DNA of 62,997 nt, counting the filler, from Choristocarpus tenellus KU-1152 (taxonomy: Eukaryota; Protista; Phaeophyceae), in the NCBI GenBank assembly GCA_964200185.2. It is 12 parts of 12 records of this genome, joined end to end, with 100 filler letters (N's around TTAATTAATTAA, not from the genome) between each part and the next. Parts side by side here need not be neighbours in the genome. Positions count along the whole stretch, not along the records: positions 33,820 to 39,705 come from CAXNAD020009506.1; positions 39,806 to 42,687 come from CAXNAD020023953.1; positions 42,788 to 47,089 come from CAXNAD020015217.1; positions 47,190 to 49,738 come from CAXNAD020026865.1; 8 more parts are not named here. One strand, given 5' to 3'. The first letter of the stretch is position 1, and each line of letters starts with the position of its first letter. Of this stretch, positions 34,401 to 48,662 are shown in pieces. The translations under genes were made by a program, and so were the position numbers. Under the pieces are notes generated by a model. The model was not told where the DNA came from. It worked only from the letters and a program-made list of their open reading frames with translations, and did not search any database.

Positions 34401-37400
34401 TATTCATACAATACTACATGTATTTAGTATCGCGATTTAATGTTCGTATCATGGTGTTCGGAAGACTGTACGATACCATTATGTTATTCGCATTTATGAC
34501 AGCTGTTACTTTTTTAGGGATTTTTGTGACATGTGAATAGTTTTCATTGTTTTTCCCCGTGACACGTAATAAAAGTCAAAAGAATAATATTAAAATACCT
34601 TAGTTGTGTGGAATGGTGTGTTGTACTGATTTGACTGAACTGATTGGTTGGGATAGTTCCCTTCTATAAGCGTTTTTATACAAACACCATAAAAACGTGA
34701 CAATAAACGTACACTTTGACAAGGTAAAATGTAAGAAAGAGGAAAGAGCAAGAGGAGAAGGAAGAGAAAGACCTACACATCGTATCGATAGGGTGTGAAG
34801 AGATCGAATCGCTCATGGACACAACTTCGCGCCAAAAGTCTGACTCGCCTTCGGCATAATAGTATGACGGCAAATGAAGCGATCTATGCTATCATTATCT
34901 CTTCATGGTGCGGGCGCCGTGCTTAGATGACAAACTCTGTTGTATTCATGTTGTTATCTCCTCTTCGCAGACGTCTGGTCGACAATGTTTGTGTTGGATT
35001 TGATAAACACTAGATAGATTCTCTAATACTCAAATGTTACAATGGCGCAGGGTCAACTGTCTCGCTGAGTCGATTTTGCTTGAAGTGCTAAAACACCCTG
35101 ATACTTTCCCCTCGCTTGATATCCAAACTTCCTGCAGGATCGGTGTCATATATATTGCTATTAAATGTTACAAAATCTGCACCGTCCATGACGATTCTAT
35201 CCAGTCCACTGATGTTATAGATGATAGTCAATACAGCAAAGCTGGAGTGGTGGTCCTCGAGGGCTTACCGGTGAGCACCAAGAAATGTGTTTTGATCCTA
35301 TCCGTGGTAAGCACCTGGTTTCCGCAGTTTTGACACCAATATAGCGATTAATGTGTGGGAAGGCTTGATTAGTACTGCAGGTATTGCACAGAAGCACTCA
35401 TCAGAATAGCAACCTACCACATAGGATACAAATGGACGGCGAGCAATTACCTTGCTTACGTCTCTCAATGCTCAACTCTGGCTCCTCTCCTTCATCCCAC
35501 ACTAACAACGTGTGACTCTTGACGATCATATACAACAGGTACTTATTGCGCACGCTGAACCTCTGGAAGGAGCAGAAAATAATCAACAGTCACAAAGAGA
35601 TATGGTCGTGTGCACACGGGCTGGTTGTATTGAACCCCTTCGTCTCACCCGCACGCAGGACACCTCACTTCCCAACGCTGAAGCAGTGTGGTCTCCTATC
35701 CAGGCGGTACGTGCCGTTGTCGAACCTTTTACTGCAAGAGCAGTGGCCATTGTTGAGCATGGGGCGACCTTCTTCAGGCGAGGTCATGGATCTTGAAGGT
35801 CTGATCTCCATGCCCATAGACTTTCCATCCTGTGGAGTCGAAGAGCAGTAGCAGTCTGTGAGGTGTTGTATATAACACAGAATGGTGTAGATGGAGTACA
35901 AAAAAAAATATCCATAGTCAACCACAGAAAAATCATAAGAGTGTGAGTTGTACTATATGTAGGGGATTTCTCTTGCCAGATGCAGAGAATGCTGTATGTT
36001 GGCTGTCATATATTTTGTAGTAATGAACATGCGACCTTTATCGCAGCACAGATAATACAAATGCTCTCCAAGTATTCCATGTTTCTAAGTACAAACGACG
36101 ACATAAAGAGCTGAACACAACCCAGAGTTAAAGTGTATTTCCCAGATCAGACCTGTACTAGGAATCTGTACAGGAAAATATCGGAAGCGTGTTGGACCAT
36201 GCTGTTTCGTGGGGTTGTGCTTTTTGAACTTCAAAGCATGAAACTACCCCATATTATATATGCATACAATAATCTAAGATCTGTTTGAGGCCCTCTCCTT
36301 GGTACCCCCATCCCCCCCATCACTTACGTCAAAGAGCAACAATTTCCCCTTAGTCATTTTTTCTTTGGAGGCACATGCCAGTATAGCAGTATCTTTCGTC
36401 GCTTGAGGCACTGTCATTGTGTGAGCCTGATATGCAAAATACCACAGAGTAGTTCAAACATAGGTCAGCTCATTCTTCTGATGATGGATGTGCATTCAAG
36501 GCATCCTGCAGGATTCAGCACAACCTATAAAGCTTGCCTATGGCTGGGCCAGCGATACCAGTCTGCTTTTCCTCATTCTATTTCTGGCCTTGTTAAATTG
36601 CTGTCTCATAATAAATGGTGTATGGTCCTTGTATAGGTAGGGGGGCTGGACTTATTTGTCATACTGTTTTCTGGTTGTGGTTAGTTGTTGGTCTCTCCCC
36701 TCCCACTGAGTCCAGCTACCTAGGTGGCGCTGTGGGCTATGACACATAGCAGTGAAAAAAGAAATGTACTCCAGCATATGTCACTGCCCATTGAGGTGGG
36801 GATGCCACGTACCCTTCCTAACTCTGCATATAGGCATTCACCACATCACCCCTAGCCCTAGAGTCAGAATAGAACGTCTAGTTATCCATCGTGACCCAAG
36901 GTACAATGAACCCTCAGAGAACCATCCCGCCTTGTAGTCTCTGTACAACCACCATGATGCTTGTAGTGTACGTAGGGCACTCAAAAGAGGTTGCTCCCTT
37001 CCCCTTTCCTCCTTTCCCATCTCTGATTTGAATGCCGAATCTTGGATATGATCAAATATATTCTCCAGAGTATAGTGACACTTCCAATGTAGTTGGATGT
37101 GTTTAAATGCATGTGAATGTGTTGGGACACTGTCAATATTTAGAGAAAGGGGCATGATGCGAAAATGATAACTTACACCAACAGATATAATAGAAAGCAC
37201 AATATATCACAATAAATGATCAGATATATCGGTTCTTTGACCTCCCCTACCCTCCTTAATATATGTCTAGAACCCTGACCCTACATAAGGATATTGGCGC
37301 ACACTCAATAGCATAGACTCTACCACGATGTATTTCCGTTATATATTTATAGTATCAACTGTGCATTAAGAAGATCTTACACAAGAGAATTATTATTTGG

Positions 37401-39805
37401 GTCCAATGCAGGGCCGTTCATCTTTGAGCCTTGTTGAGAAAAATGTGCCTTTAGCTGTTCGAGAACAGTAGGAATTGGGAGGAGAGTTCAGGTTGTATGT
37501 TCGCGAGGCCGAGTTAAAAAGCTAACACGGTCCTGGGCACATCAGCAAAGGTATGAGAGTAAGGAAAATCGCAAGCCAAGGGTGTAGATAGAAGTGTGGT
37601 GACTATTTGTTGAGTCTGACTGTTGTTGTTCCTTGAAACGGTCCTGTGTAATTCCCTTCTAAACATTGCGCACTCACTCTGTTGCAATTACTATCACACC
37701 AGGATATTATGTTTCCATCAGCCTCAACAAGGGTTGCAGTCGTTGCACCAGTGATCATGCTACTTGCATAACTCCACATATTCAGTCAACCAGCTTAAAT
37801 CATGCCACTACAGTGTTGAATAGCTTTGTGAAGGAAAGGCTCATCGCCAGAAGCTGCTGGTGGGTTACGTGGTGAACATACACTGGTTATTCATTATCCT
37901 ATGTCCTTTTGCCTTAGACATCCATTATCTGTGACGTATGACCAAAGACTGGCCATCATACCGCTATGTATGTTACTACTCTGTGTCGTACCGAACTAAA
38001 GATAAACGTACATGAAACTGTGTTATATGCTGATATTACCACAAACAACGTAAGCACAACACTAGCTAGTGCGGCATACAGCTCCATGAGTCGAACCGTC
38101 AACAAGCACCATGAACTGTACAAGCATATCCTTTGACAAAGTAAAGAATACAGCCCTATAGTCTCACCAGTGTAGTATAATATAGAATGAGCTTCAACCT
38201 CACACACGTAAGCTTCCTGATGACTCAAAAAAGGATTCCGCACCAACACCTGCCCCAGAAGACGATTCGGCAATGCATTGAAGTTGCTCATGTTCTTCCT
38301 TTTCCTTCTCTTCTCAAGTTGCTGGATGGCTATCCGCACCCTTTCCCTTGTCACTGCCCCTGAGAAGGGGGTCATGGGTTGTGGTCGTATCACCTTCATT
38401 CATCCTTGGACATAATCCATGACTTCCTCCGTGCTGATTGGTTGATGATGTCCGTTCTCCTATTTCCTGTTCTTTAATATATGCATTTGCTGTTAATGAA
38501 TTGCTGCTTCTGAAGTCCGTGAGCCTTGGACAAATTCAGATCTTTTTTTATCATAACAATATTAGTCCTGTATGTGACTCTACCGGGTATTGAGGAGTCC
38601 CTATACCAAGAATATTGTGTTCTTCTTGAGGTGGTGAACTTCACTAAATGACTGTCTACTTCGAGGTATGTTTGGGTGGATCTCAGGACAAAAACTCTTC
38701 AATAATGTCAGTACTCCCTGCTTTAATCCACATGTCCTCGTACCATCCCCCATCGAAAAATAAAAATGCAATCTCCCCGCAGTCACAGGGCCATTTTTGC
38801 ATGAATATAAATGCAGTCAGGTTCAGTGCCTCTACTGACCTGAAAATAATAAAATAGTAAGATTTTAGCGCCTACAGTACACAGTAGGAGAACGGAAGGC
38901 TCAAATTATCTGTGGGGGGAGGAGTCTACATCAGGGTGTCCATTCAACCCCTGACCAGGAGAATTGCACTTACATTATCAATCTGACGTATGCAACCAAA
39001 TTCACCCAAAAATCGCGACATGGAAAATTGACGCCCGAGAGGACAGCCGCTACCCCCTCCCAGATACTTCGAGCTAAAACGGCGACAAGGCAACAGCGTT
39101 GTTCACATAGAATGCTTTGAAGTACTGTACACACCAAATGTTGCTATTAGTAGACATGAAGAAGTAATTATGTACGAGGCAAGATAGTGTGTGTAGCACG
39201 GTAGATTAGTGATGAATGAGGAAATTGGAATATATATACGGAATTACGTGGAAGCATAATTATGGAGACTAGGAACTACACCCACCTTGTGATTGCATCT
39301 CATTCTTCGCTGTAACTCAATAAACCACACTCTTTGAGAGCGTGCGAACAAACAGAAATAGTATTCTTGAATAAGTAGCACCATCATTTTCAGGGTAAGC
39401 GATAAACAATTGGTGAATAGGATGGTGTATCGTGTACAATGGGATCAAGGAAAGGATATTATAGCACGCCCTGGAGATATAATTTTCATTGGGGAGGTCG
39501 GTTTCCCTCCAAGTAGGGACACTAAGGTCATGCACGGGAGGACTTCACAGACATGCATAATGATGTTTGCATGATCCATGCGGAGACCAATCAGGACTTC
39601 CTTTTCACGGTGCAACTAAGTTGAGTGAAGAGTGAAAGTATCTTAGAGGGTACGAGTTTTGCCCTGCTTGTCCATTGGGGCTTGGCTTCCCTCAGGGCTT
39701 TTTATNNNNNNNNNNNNNNNNNNNNNNNNNNNNNNNNNNNNNNNNNNNNTTAATTAATTAANNNNNNNNNNNNNNNNNNNNNNNNNNNNNNNNNNNNNNN
39801 NNNNN

Positions 39806-42362
39806 TTAGGGGTGCTGGTTCAGATTCATGTTTACAAAATTCTTCCAGTTGAGGACGTGACAACATATCTGGGATGTAATGTAATCTGCCAGGCTTATGA
39901 AGGACGGTAAAATCAAAACTTTGCAAAGCTAAGGCCCATCGAGTTAGCAGATTGGACGTATCTTGCATCGTATGCAGCCACCGTAAGGCTGAATGATCAG
40001 TGATAACCGTGAAATGTTTAACCCAAATATATGGTCTCCAATGTTGGATTGCCAGAATAACTGCAAGGCACTCTTTTTGTGTGGCAGAATATTTACGTGG
40101 GGGAAAGTAAGGCACTATGGTATGCAATTATATCAAAACTGTCATCTTCATTTTTTTGTGCTAAAAACGCCCCTGTCCCAACAAAACTGGCATCTACATG
40201 AATAAAAAGTTCCTTAGAAAAATCAGGAAAGTGTAGCACTGGAGCCGTTGATAACAGTTGTTTGCATTCGTCAAAAGCAGTCTGCTGTGGTCGATTCCAT
40301 CTAGATGAGATATCCTTGTGGTCTTTCTTTGCTCGCTTTACTGAGGTGGTCTCTTTGTGTGACTTTACTTTCTGTGTATGACGAATCAATTCAACCAACG
40401 GTTCTGTTGCCTTTGCTAGGTGGGGAATATACTTCCTAACTAATTTCGTTGAACCTAAAAACGATTGTAAGCCTTTCACAGTTTGAGGAGGATGCATCTC
40501 TAATATAGCTTCAACACAAGCTTGGGATAAAGCAATTCCTTGTGGGCTAACATCATGTCCCAAATAATGGATTTGTTTTGAGCCAAATTGAGCCTTGGAC
40601 GGCTTTAACATAATCCATACATCTTGTAACATTGACAAAACTGTAGTGATCAACTGTTTATGGTGTGTCCATGATGGAGAGGCCAAAACGATATCGTCTA
40701 AATATACCAACAACCCTGAGCTAGGACCAACACTGGAAAAGGTTTCAGATATATAAAGCGTTGGAAGATCCACGGTGCATTTTGTACTCCAAATGGTAAC
40801 CTCTGAAACTCATATTTCCCGTCCAGTGTGATGAAGGCAGTTTTTTGTCATTCGCATTCATCAGTTATCGGTAGTTGCCAGTAGGCTGATTGAATATCTA
40901 AACAAGACAAATATTTTGAACCCCCCAACATGGACAAGCACTCATCCATGGATGGCAAAGGCCATGAATTCCGTATCAAATATTTATTTATGGTTCCCCT
41001 AAAATCCACACAGAATCAAGGTGATCCATCTGGTTTGGAAACAATGGTAACAGGGGATGCCCATGGGCTAGATGAGGGTTTTATAATACCCTGATTCTCC
41101 GTATCGGTTACACATTGTCGAATAGTGTCGCGTATTTTGGTGCCGCGCGATATGGTGGTCTACTAACCGGTTTAGTGCCTGGTTGTAGTGGAAAGTTATC
41201 AGAAGTAGTGGTACAGCAACCTAATTATATTTCGGACAATGAAAAGATTGGTCAGAATTTAACCACTATATCTAGTAATTCCTCTCGTTCAGACAGTGTC
41301 AGTTGAGTATTTGTAAAAGCCTTCTTAGAAATAACCAACTTCAATTCTTCCCTAGCCTGTTTCAGTTCTTCAGGGGTAGATGGTGCGGCTCCAACTGCAC
41401 TTACTGTGGTGTCTGACAAGGTATATGTTTTTGATACAGGGGAAACATGACGAACTACAAACTCAGCTGGTAACTTGATCCCTTTTGGTGACAAAATTGG
41501 CAATTTTGACTAGACATCGTCCATCTTCTTCCCAAACAGTGAGGGTTCGACTGACCATTATGTGTTGCCAGTGGGGATGTATGTCGTCCTCATGCTGGAG
41601 GTCTGTGCCAGTGTAAATGATAGGTTCCACCACTGCATCGGTAGCTGTTCCTCAAAGTGCCTGAGAACAAACAGGAACAAGCGTTTCCGTGCCAGGGGGA
41701 AGGAATATATTTTTTACTGTGTGCACTGGTGTAGTAAATTCAGATGTGATTACTGAAATTGAAACATGAGCTGCATTTTCAGTCCGGCAAAAATCTTTTG
41801 GGGGGGAACGGATGGGAAGGGGTACGATTTTGTGTTTTGCTGGAATGCATTGATCACTGTCTTTAAACGACATATCCTCTCTATCCCAATCTAGCACTGC
41901 CCCAAATGCTGACATAATGCTGTTATCCAACAAAATTTTATCTACTCCCAGATTAGGTATGACCACTGCTTGGACAGGCATTGATATGTCACCAAGTTGT
42001 AGTGTAAATTGAATTAAACCAGTTACAGAGAGAGGTCTACCACCTGCTCCTTTTAAATTCAAAGCGCCTGCTGGAATCTCCCAAATGGGTGCCTTGCAAA
42101 GTGTTGGGTGGGCTTCAATGTATCTGAGAGATATTAGTGGAATGTCAGTAGCAGTATCAACAGTAATGCTCATTAAAGGTTCATTTTCAACATACCCAGG
42201 AATTCTTACACGGAGAAATGAAACATTGAGCACGCCAGGGGAGTTAGAATAGTGTTGGATTGCTGATGTGTGCCAACAATATGATAAAAGTGGAACAACA
42301 CATTTGAGATGTATCACCCACGTCCAAAATTGGTTGTGGGGAAAAAGAAAGAGCAGATGCAA
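39806..42362 (-). pseudogene. pol: Ty3/gypsy pol (protease-RT-RNase H), frameshifted
   Basis: ITVDTAT protease site; LDIQSAYWQL, KYEFQRLPFG, VYLDDIV (RT); HVDASFVGTGAFLAQ, YSATQKECLAV, VITDHSAL (RNase H); PR-RT-RH order. Confidence 0.93.
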
Positions 42363-42787
42363 CAGTTGTTACATGTCCTGCTTGTGGCAACTTTTGGTGT
42401 GTTGACCTTGAATGTTTACAGTGTTGGGGGTCTTATTTGCTCTCTCTACTACATCTCAGGCTGCCCTACACAACAAGTCCCTATTTTCTTCTTGAACTCT
42501 TATCTTATAGATTCCAGGGAAACAGAATCAGTAGGGCATCTCTATATTCTCTCTTTTCTCACTCTCTCTCCTCCTGTGGTTCTATGTTATCCTACAGGGG
42601 TTTATTGTTGTTGGACAATATCAAACGTATCTGGAGTAGAATTGTTACAGGCGCCCCTCAATGCTCACCTTTCCAGGATGTACAGGTNNNNNNNNNNNNN
42701 NNNNNNNNNNNNNNNNNNNNNNNNNNNNNNNTTAATTAATTAANNNNNNNNNNNNNNNNNNNNNNNNNNNNNNNNNNNNNNNNNNNN

Positions 42788-44356
42788 GACGTCATCACCA
42801 CCATCTTTGGTGTGGTGATCGGGGCCATGTCCATGGGTCAGATGACACCCGGGGTAACGGCACTAGGCCTGGCCATGGAGGCTGGATATGGAGTGTTCCA
42901 GACTATTCATAGAGTTCCTGACATAGACTCGCTGAGCAAGGAAGGGGAGTGTCCCACCATCTCTGGCAGGCTGGAGTTCAAGGAGGTTTGGAGGGATTAT
43001 TTTGTGCTTTTTTCTGTATGTCGCATTTGGTGGTCATATTGCTTTTACTAGGGTTTTGCATAATGACAGGCGTCCATGCATTGGGCCTCTCTACCAGGGA
43101 GGCTTTGCACCGTAACTCGTGTTGTTTTGAGGGTTAGGGTTGGGGAGGTTCAAGGGCATGGACGAGCGCTTGTTCATTCACTTGCAAAGGTGTTAACTCA
43201 GATTTTATTGGGGGTCACTTTTTTTTAAATATTTTCTTACTGCCGTTGATGACTTCGTGCACCTCAACTCTCTGGCATTAAACAAAATTGATGGGGGGGG
43301 GGACTGGACTCAATATTTATAGAAGCGATGGAATGGTTAACGATATTGTACTTTTTCGTTTTTTTCTACATTTGTGTTTTTTTTTCTGAGGTGTAACTGT
43401 CGCAACCGATGACACCGACCCAAGGCCCCTTTTTCAGACTGTAACCTCTGAGCCCCGGTCTTTGGAGCCAGCCCCTTCTCCACCTCCAGTACACTTTCTT
43501 CTTTTGTATGAAGAGAAGGATTTGTGCCAGTAAGGAACGCCGGGGCTAGATACTATGTGACATTATTGACCTATTTGTGATGGGCTTTAAAATTTCCTGT
43601 TTGAAACTATTTTCGTCCCTGAATGATAATCATTGTCAATGTGTCAATGTCATCAGAGTTATTTTTCCACTCTCTCTTCTGCCTCAATGTGCTTGTCCAA
43701 TGATGCCTTGTTGTTGGACTCTCTCTCTCTCTCTCTCTCTGACCCCTTTCTGATGGGCATCTTATTGTCCCTGCTCTGATGTTTGGTTGCCCCAGGTGGG
43801 ATTCTCGTACCCAGCCCGTCCTGATGATGAGGTATTCAAGTCTGTTTCTCTTGACATCACTCCAGGAGAAACGGTGGCCCTTGTTGGACCCTCTGGCGGG
43901 GGAAAGTCGACTATGACTAAGGTATGACTAAGGCGTGACTAAGTTATGATTAAGGTGTGACTAAGGTATGACTATGGTGTGACTATGGTGTGACTAAGGT
44001 ATGGCTAAGATATGATTAAGGTGTGACTAAGGTGTGACGAAGGTATGACTAAGGCGTGTTGTTGTATGTGTTGTGATTGTGCAGGTGTTGAGAGAAGCAG
44101 ATGTATCTATGATGATGCAATGAATGCAGGAGTTGAGTGCAGGACTGTGGTGGGACGCAGTGTTGAATTGATTGAAGGATGTAGATAGGGGGATTGCGGT
44201 TGGTTTGTCTGAATTGTACTTGGAGGTGTGGAGAGGGTTGCAAAATAGATTTCTTTGATTGATATGTGATGCAGACAGTGGAACTGATTTGTTGTAATGG
44301 TAATACTTCTGGGTTGACTGTGTTCAAGTTTGGTGATCTTATTAGACTGCATTGGC

Positions 44357-44392
<36 letters not shown>

Positions 44393-44918
44393 GGTCCTTG
44401 CGGTGCGGGTTTTGTTTTGTTTTTATNNNNNNNNNNTTGTAATTGTAATTCTTTTGGGTTTGCTGGGTTTTAGTTTTGGGATTTTTTTAGACTGGTTTGG
44501 GCCCCCCCCCCCCCCCCCCCCCCCTGGTATCTATGTAGTTTGTAGGGATATTGGTGTTTATTTTTTGTAATGATAGTGTTTACACTGGTACGTTGTTAAA
44601 AAAATGAATATGAAGTGTCCACAGTGATTAGACTGTACTGTGGAGGTTGATGGAATTGCACTATCAAAGGTATACCCTATACCATACCTGCCGGTTAACC
44701 AGCACCAAAAATGTGTAGGCAACAACCTCTGGTCCCTGGCTTTGCTTGATGTTGACACAGTGGTTGCCATGGTTGCCCTTGACCCTCCTTCTGTTCCTTG
44801 ACTTCATGTCCCACCACGGCCTTCTCATAGCCCCAGCAAGGGTTTTGTTGTAATATGGTGTAATAGCCTGTAGTAGCTTTTTTGGTGTCTCCTGTGGTTC
44901 ATGCTTCCCTTTCGATGA

Positions 44919-44987
<69 letters not shown>

Positions 44988-45987
44988 CTCCCTTTTCTTT
45001 CTTCTCTTTTTTTTTTTCGTTTCTATGATCCTACATCTGGGTGTGTCAGCCTCGATGGGTATGATGTGAAGAACCTTAACGTTGGTTACTACCGGAGCAA
45101 GATTGGTTACGTTGGACAGGTACAGTCATATCGTGGACAGTATTATGTGGACTGTATTATGTGGACAGTATTTCCCACTTGGATACCTTTTTCGATCTGA
45201 TGTTGGATCATCTGCAAGAGGCTGGATTACTTGATAATACTAATACTCCAAAAAGAAAATTATTATCCTCTTTGATCCCTTGAGATCACAGGGCAGGGAC
45301 AAGGGAGTATGCTGTCTTACGTTTTCCAAGTACTGGCGATGGGTGCATTTTTGTTTATTTAATTTTTTTTGTTATTGTGTTGTTGTGCTGTTTGTTACAT
45401 ACGTACAGACCCTCTCCCAGGTGAGCAATTCGGTTGTCTTGCTGATTTTTCATCTTGTGCTATCCCTTAGATATATATTGACAGACATGTCCTACAACAG
45501 AAAGGTTATGGAAACCGTCAAATCTCTTGTCCTTTACTACCCTCCCCCCTTCCATTCCCCCCTCCCCCCCTGCCGCAGTGGTTCCTTGTCTCCACCCTTC
45601 TTGTCTAAAGCCCTTACACAGTTTTCACTCTTGTCTCCAAACAGTACATGTGACCATGCCCTCTCTGATGTGTGTCTGCATCCTGTGCCTGTGACCCCTG
45701 CCCCCCTCCCCCCACCCCAATCCGGTTCACCTTGTATCTCGGTTCTGTACCGCCTGCGTTTTGTTTTTAGGAGCCGGTTTTGTTCACTGGCTCTATCAAA
45801 GATAACATTGCGTCGGGAAAGCCTGGGGCAACGGAAGCAGAAGTTGTGGCTGCTTCCAAGGCTGCAAATGCACACTCGGTGAGAAATAAAAAGAATAGTA
45901 GGTATAGATGGTATTATTATTATTTTTATTTTTATTTTTATTCACTATTTTTATTTTTATCGACACTCTTTCTATTGCAACTGCTAT

Positions 45988-46035
<48 letters not shown>

Positions 46036-46609
46036 GTTGTTGTTCTTGTTATGTGTCTGCCACAAACACTGCTTGATTCTTTGTGAAGAATTGGTTATAG
46101 ACCTCTTTTTTCTGTGCTTGTTTTGGCTATTTAATACCTACTCAGTAGTGCTTTGGAGTTACAAATGAGTTGTAGAAGTGCATTGCCTCCCTCTCCCTGT
46201 TTGGTTTACCTTTGTCTACTGAACCTGGAAAGTGTTGTTGTGTTAATAATGTTGTGTTGATAATGTTGTGTTAATGATGCTTTGTTAATAATGTGTTAAT
46301 AATGTGGTAATGACACTGTGATGATAATGTTGTTTTCATGATATTGTGTTCATGATATTATGGTAGTGATACTATGTTAATGATACTGTGTTAATGATAC
46401 TGTGTTAATGATACTATGTTAATAATACTGTGTTCCCTTTCTGACTTTATATCCTTTTAAAAGAGAGGAGTATCTTGTATGCCCTTGATTTTAGCCAAAT
46501 CTTAATATATATATACTTATCCTTGTAACAGTTTATCAAGTCCTTCCCAGACAAGTATGGTACAGAGGTGGGCTCAGGTGGACTGCAGCTCTCTGGAGGG
46601 CAGAAGCAG
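42788..46609 (+). CDS. ABC transporter subfamily B (MDR/P-glycoprotein-like), internal fragment from last TM helix to NBD1; exons 42788-42985, 43796-43921, about 45009-45119, 45771-45878, 46532-46609
   Basis: FSYPARPD, Walker [16 protein letters not shown]-loop VGQEPVLF, AANAHSFI, signature LSGGQKQ; GT-AG junctions (acceptor of the third exon corrupted by a poly-T run). Confidence 0.95.
43913..44055 (+). repeat. 11-bp tandem repeat x13 (RTGACTAAGGT) spanning an exon/intron junction
   Basis: First unit is the last 9 nt of the exon plus the GT donor; 12 further degenerate units are intronic. Confidence 0.92.
46233..46435 (+). repeat. Intronic 13-bp minisatellite (TGTGTTAATGATAC-like)
   Basis: Repeated GTTAAT(G/A)AT(A/G)(C/T)T(G/A)T units. 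Confidence 0.8.
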
Positions 46610-48280
46610 GTAGGGACTATTGGGTAGGCTTGTGATGTAGCGCTCTATTGAGGAAGTGGTACTGATTGCTAGTGCTGTGAATAGTACATGTGAGTAGAAG
46701 TGGTTATCTATTTATTTTATTATTTTTAATACATAATTCCTACACAGTACCAATTAGTTATCTGTTTATTATATTTTTGTATTACATGATTAAAAATAGT
46801 AAAATTTAGTTATCGTTTTACTTTTTTTTGTATGTGTTTTATTATTTGTGTTTCTGTGTATGGTGTGGTATGTTTGTTACTGCACTTTGTTGGTTGGTGG
46901 GTTGGTTGATTGACTAAGGCGCCCTTGTTTTCTTGCCCTTATAGGAGTTTTTTTTTATTAAAAAAAAGAATTGTCAAGTAAACTTCCATCCGGGTCTTGT
47001 GTTCTTTTTTGTTTTTGGTTAGGGGGGGGGGGGGGGGGGGGGGTGTGTTGTTGTGGTTCTTTTTTTGTGTTGTGGTTTTAAACTTTTTTNNNNNNNNNNN
47101 NNNNNNNNNNNNNNNNNNNNNNNNNNNNNNNNNTTAATTAATTAANNNNNNNNNNNNNNNNNNNNNNNNNNNNNNNNNNNNNNNNNNNNTGGTGGTGTTT
47201 GGTTTGTGGGGGGGGATCCCCCGCCCTCCTTTTGGGTTGTTTTTTATGATGGGGGGGGGGCCCCCCCCCCCCCCCCCCCTCCCCCGATGCTATGGCGTTT
47301 CATCAGGTGCATCCTCAAAGTCAGCATTATTGAACTTCTTTCGTGTGTACCCTCATCTTCCGTTTTTTGTTGCTATGGTGGGAATGACAGAACTGCCATC
47401 TGTTTTATTTTTTGTTACTAGCACTTTTTTTTCTTTCGTTTTGCAGGTTAGACAGATTTGTTTGCCCTTGTGCATCCTGCTCGCTCTGTGAGCAACCTAT
47501 GCAAGCTTTAATAATAATAAAAAGAGGATTGTTCTGGGTGTGAACCGTGATCCTGCCCTTACCCTTCCCATACCCTACTCCTCGAAATGTATTGCCAAGA
47601 TCATCTCAAGGGATTGGTGTTGGAATGGAGAGTGGCGGCAAAGTGTCCATATGTTTTGCCTTGGTGAGGGGTGCCACCGAGGTTGAATCTCCTCCTAAGT
47701 ATCTGATGAACAGAGGATGGAAAAAGTAGAGCAATGATTTTTGAGCAGTGACTACAAAGTGTTGGGGTGTTTTGGTTATGCCTGAGTTGTAGGAGTCAAG
47801 AACACTGCCCACCTTCCTCTGGCGTTTTTCCCTGTCCAATAGGTACACCTCTTCATCACTATCTAATTATCTAATTAATGGCATCGATGCCAACTGTTTA
47901 ATGACATAGTGCAGTGATGTGCGATAGCATTCCTCTCTTAGGAGGGGCAGCAAAAGAAGCACACATGGAAACAGTCTTTGAGATGCCTTGGTCAAGACTC
48001 ATGTACCATCAGAAAACTACTGTCCAGTCCTTCAGTGTGACTTCATCTTGTCAAAATCCGGTACACCCTTTGTGCTCCCTAACCTTGCCAGTGTATGCAT
48101 ACCCTCAACTTAGTCAATTGCCTCTGCCACACCCCCACTCCCATCCAAACCAGCCAAAGACAAGCTCCACCAACCCTGCAAAGCACTCACCAGGTACCTA
48201 AACTCTCCCTCGCCTTTGCCTTCCCCTTTATGCTTTCTACTCCCCATTGGGATGACCACCTCACCTGGGACTCCTCACAG

Positions 48281-48603
48281 GTATGTACTTTAGCAGGGGA
48301 GTGTTTGCAGCCCCGGCGAGACCTCCCTCGAACTATTGGCATCACCCTTGCCTTGGTATCTACCACCTATGTGCTAGGTACCATTGTGTTGTCTGGGATG
48401 CTCCCCTCATCGCTCTTGGATCCAGACGCAGCCTTTGCACTGGGGTTCTCTGATAGGGGTCTGCGATGGGCAGGGCAGGTACAGGGGGGAGGGATTGTGA
48501 TATATGATACTTCACATTATTGATTAGGACTTGCCATTTTTTTGGTGGTACATTTTCCTGCCTGTATGGTGCTTGCTTGAGCCCAGATGGGACTAATCCA
48601 TGG

Positions 48604-48662
<59 letters not shown>

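Noticed and set aside
34900-38860. Exon-like fragments (35539-35851 +; 38250-38470 - and 38607-38840 -)
   Set aside because: In-frame stops or frameshifts and no recognisable family; probably decayed repeats.
44359-45017. Poly-C, poly-G and poly-T runs (also 18720, 47022, 47250, 53361, 54996) and the resulting poly-Pro/Gly ORFs; missing AG acceptor before ABCB exon 3
   Set aside because: Adjacent to gaps or contig ends and typical of short-read homopolymer artefacts; not evidence for non-canonical splicing.
47190-47447. Possible upstream CAT permease exon (SSVFCCYGGND resembling FFGYxGFDE)
   Set aside because: Low-quality contig end; frame and splice sites do not fit.
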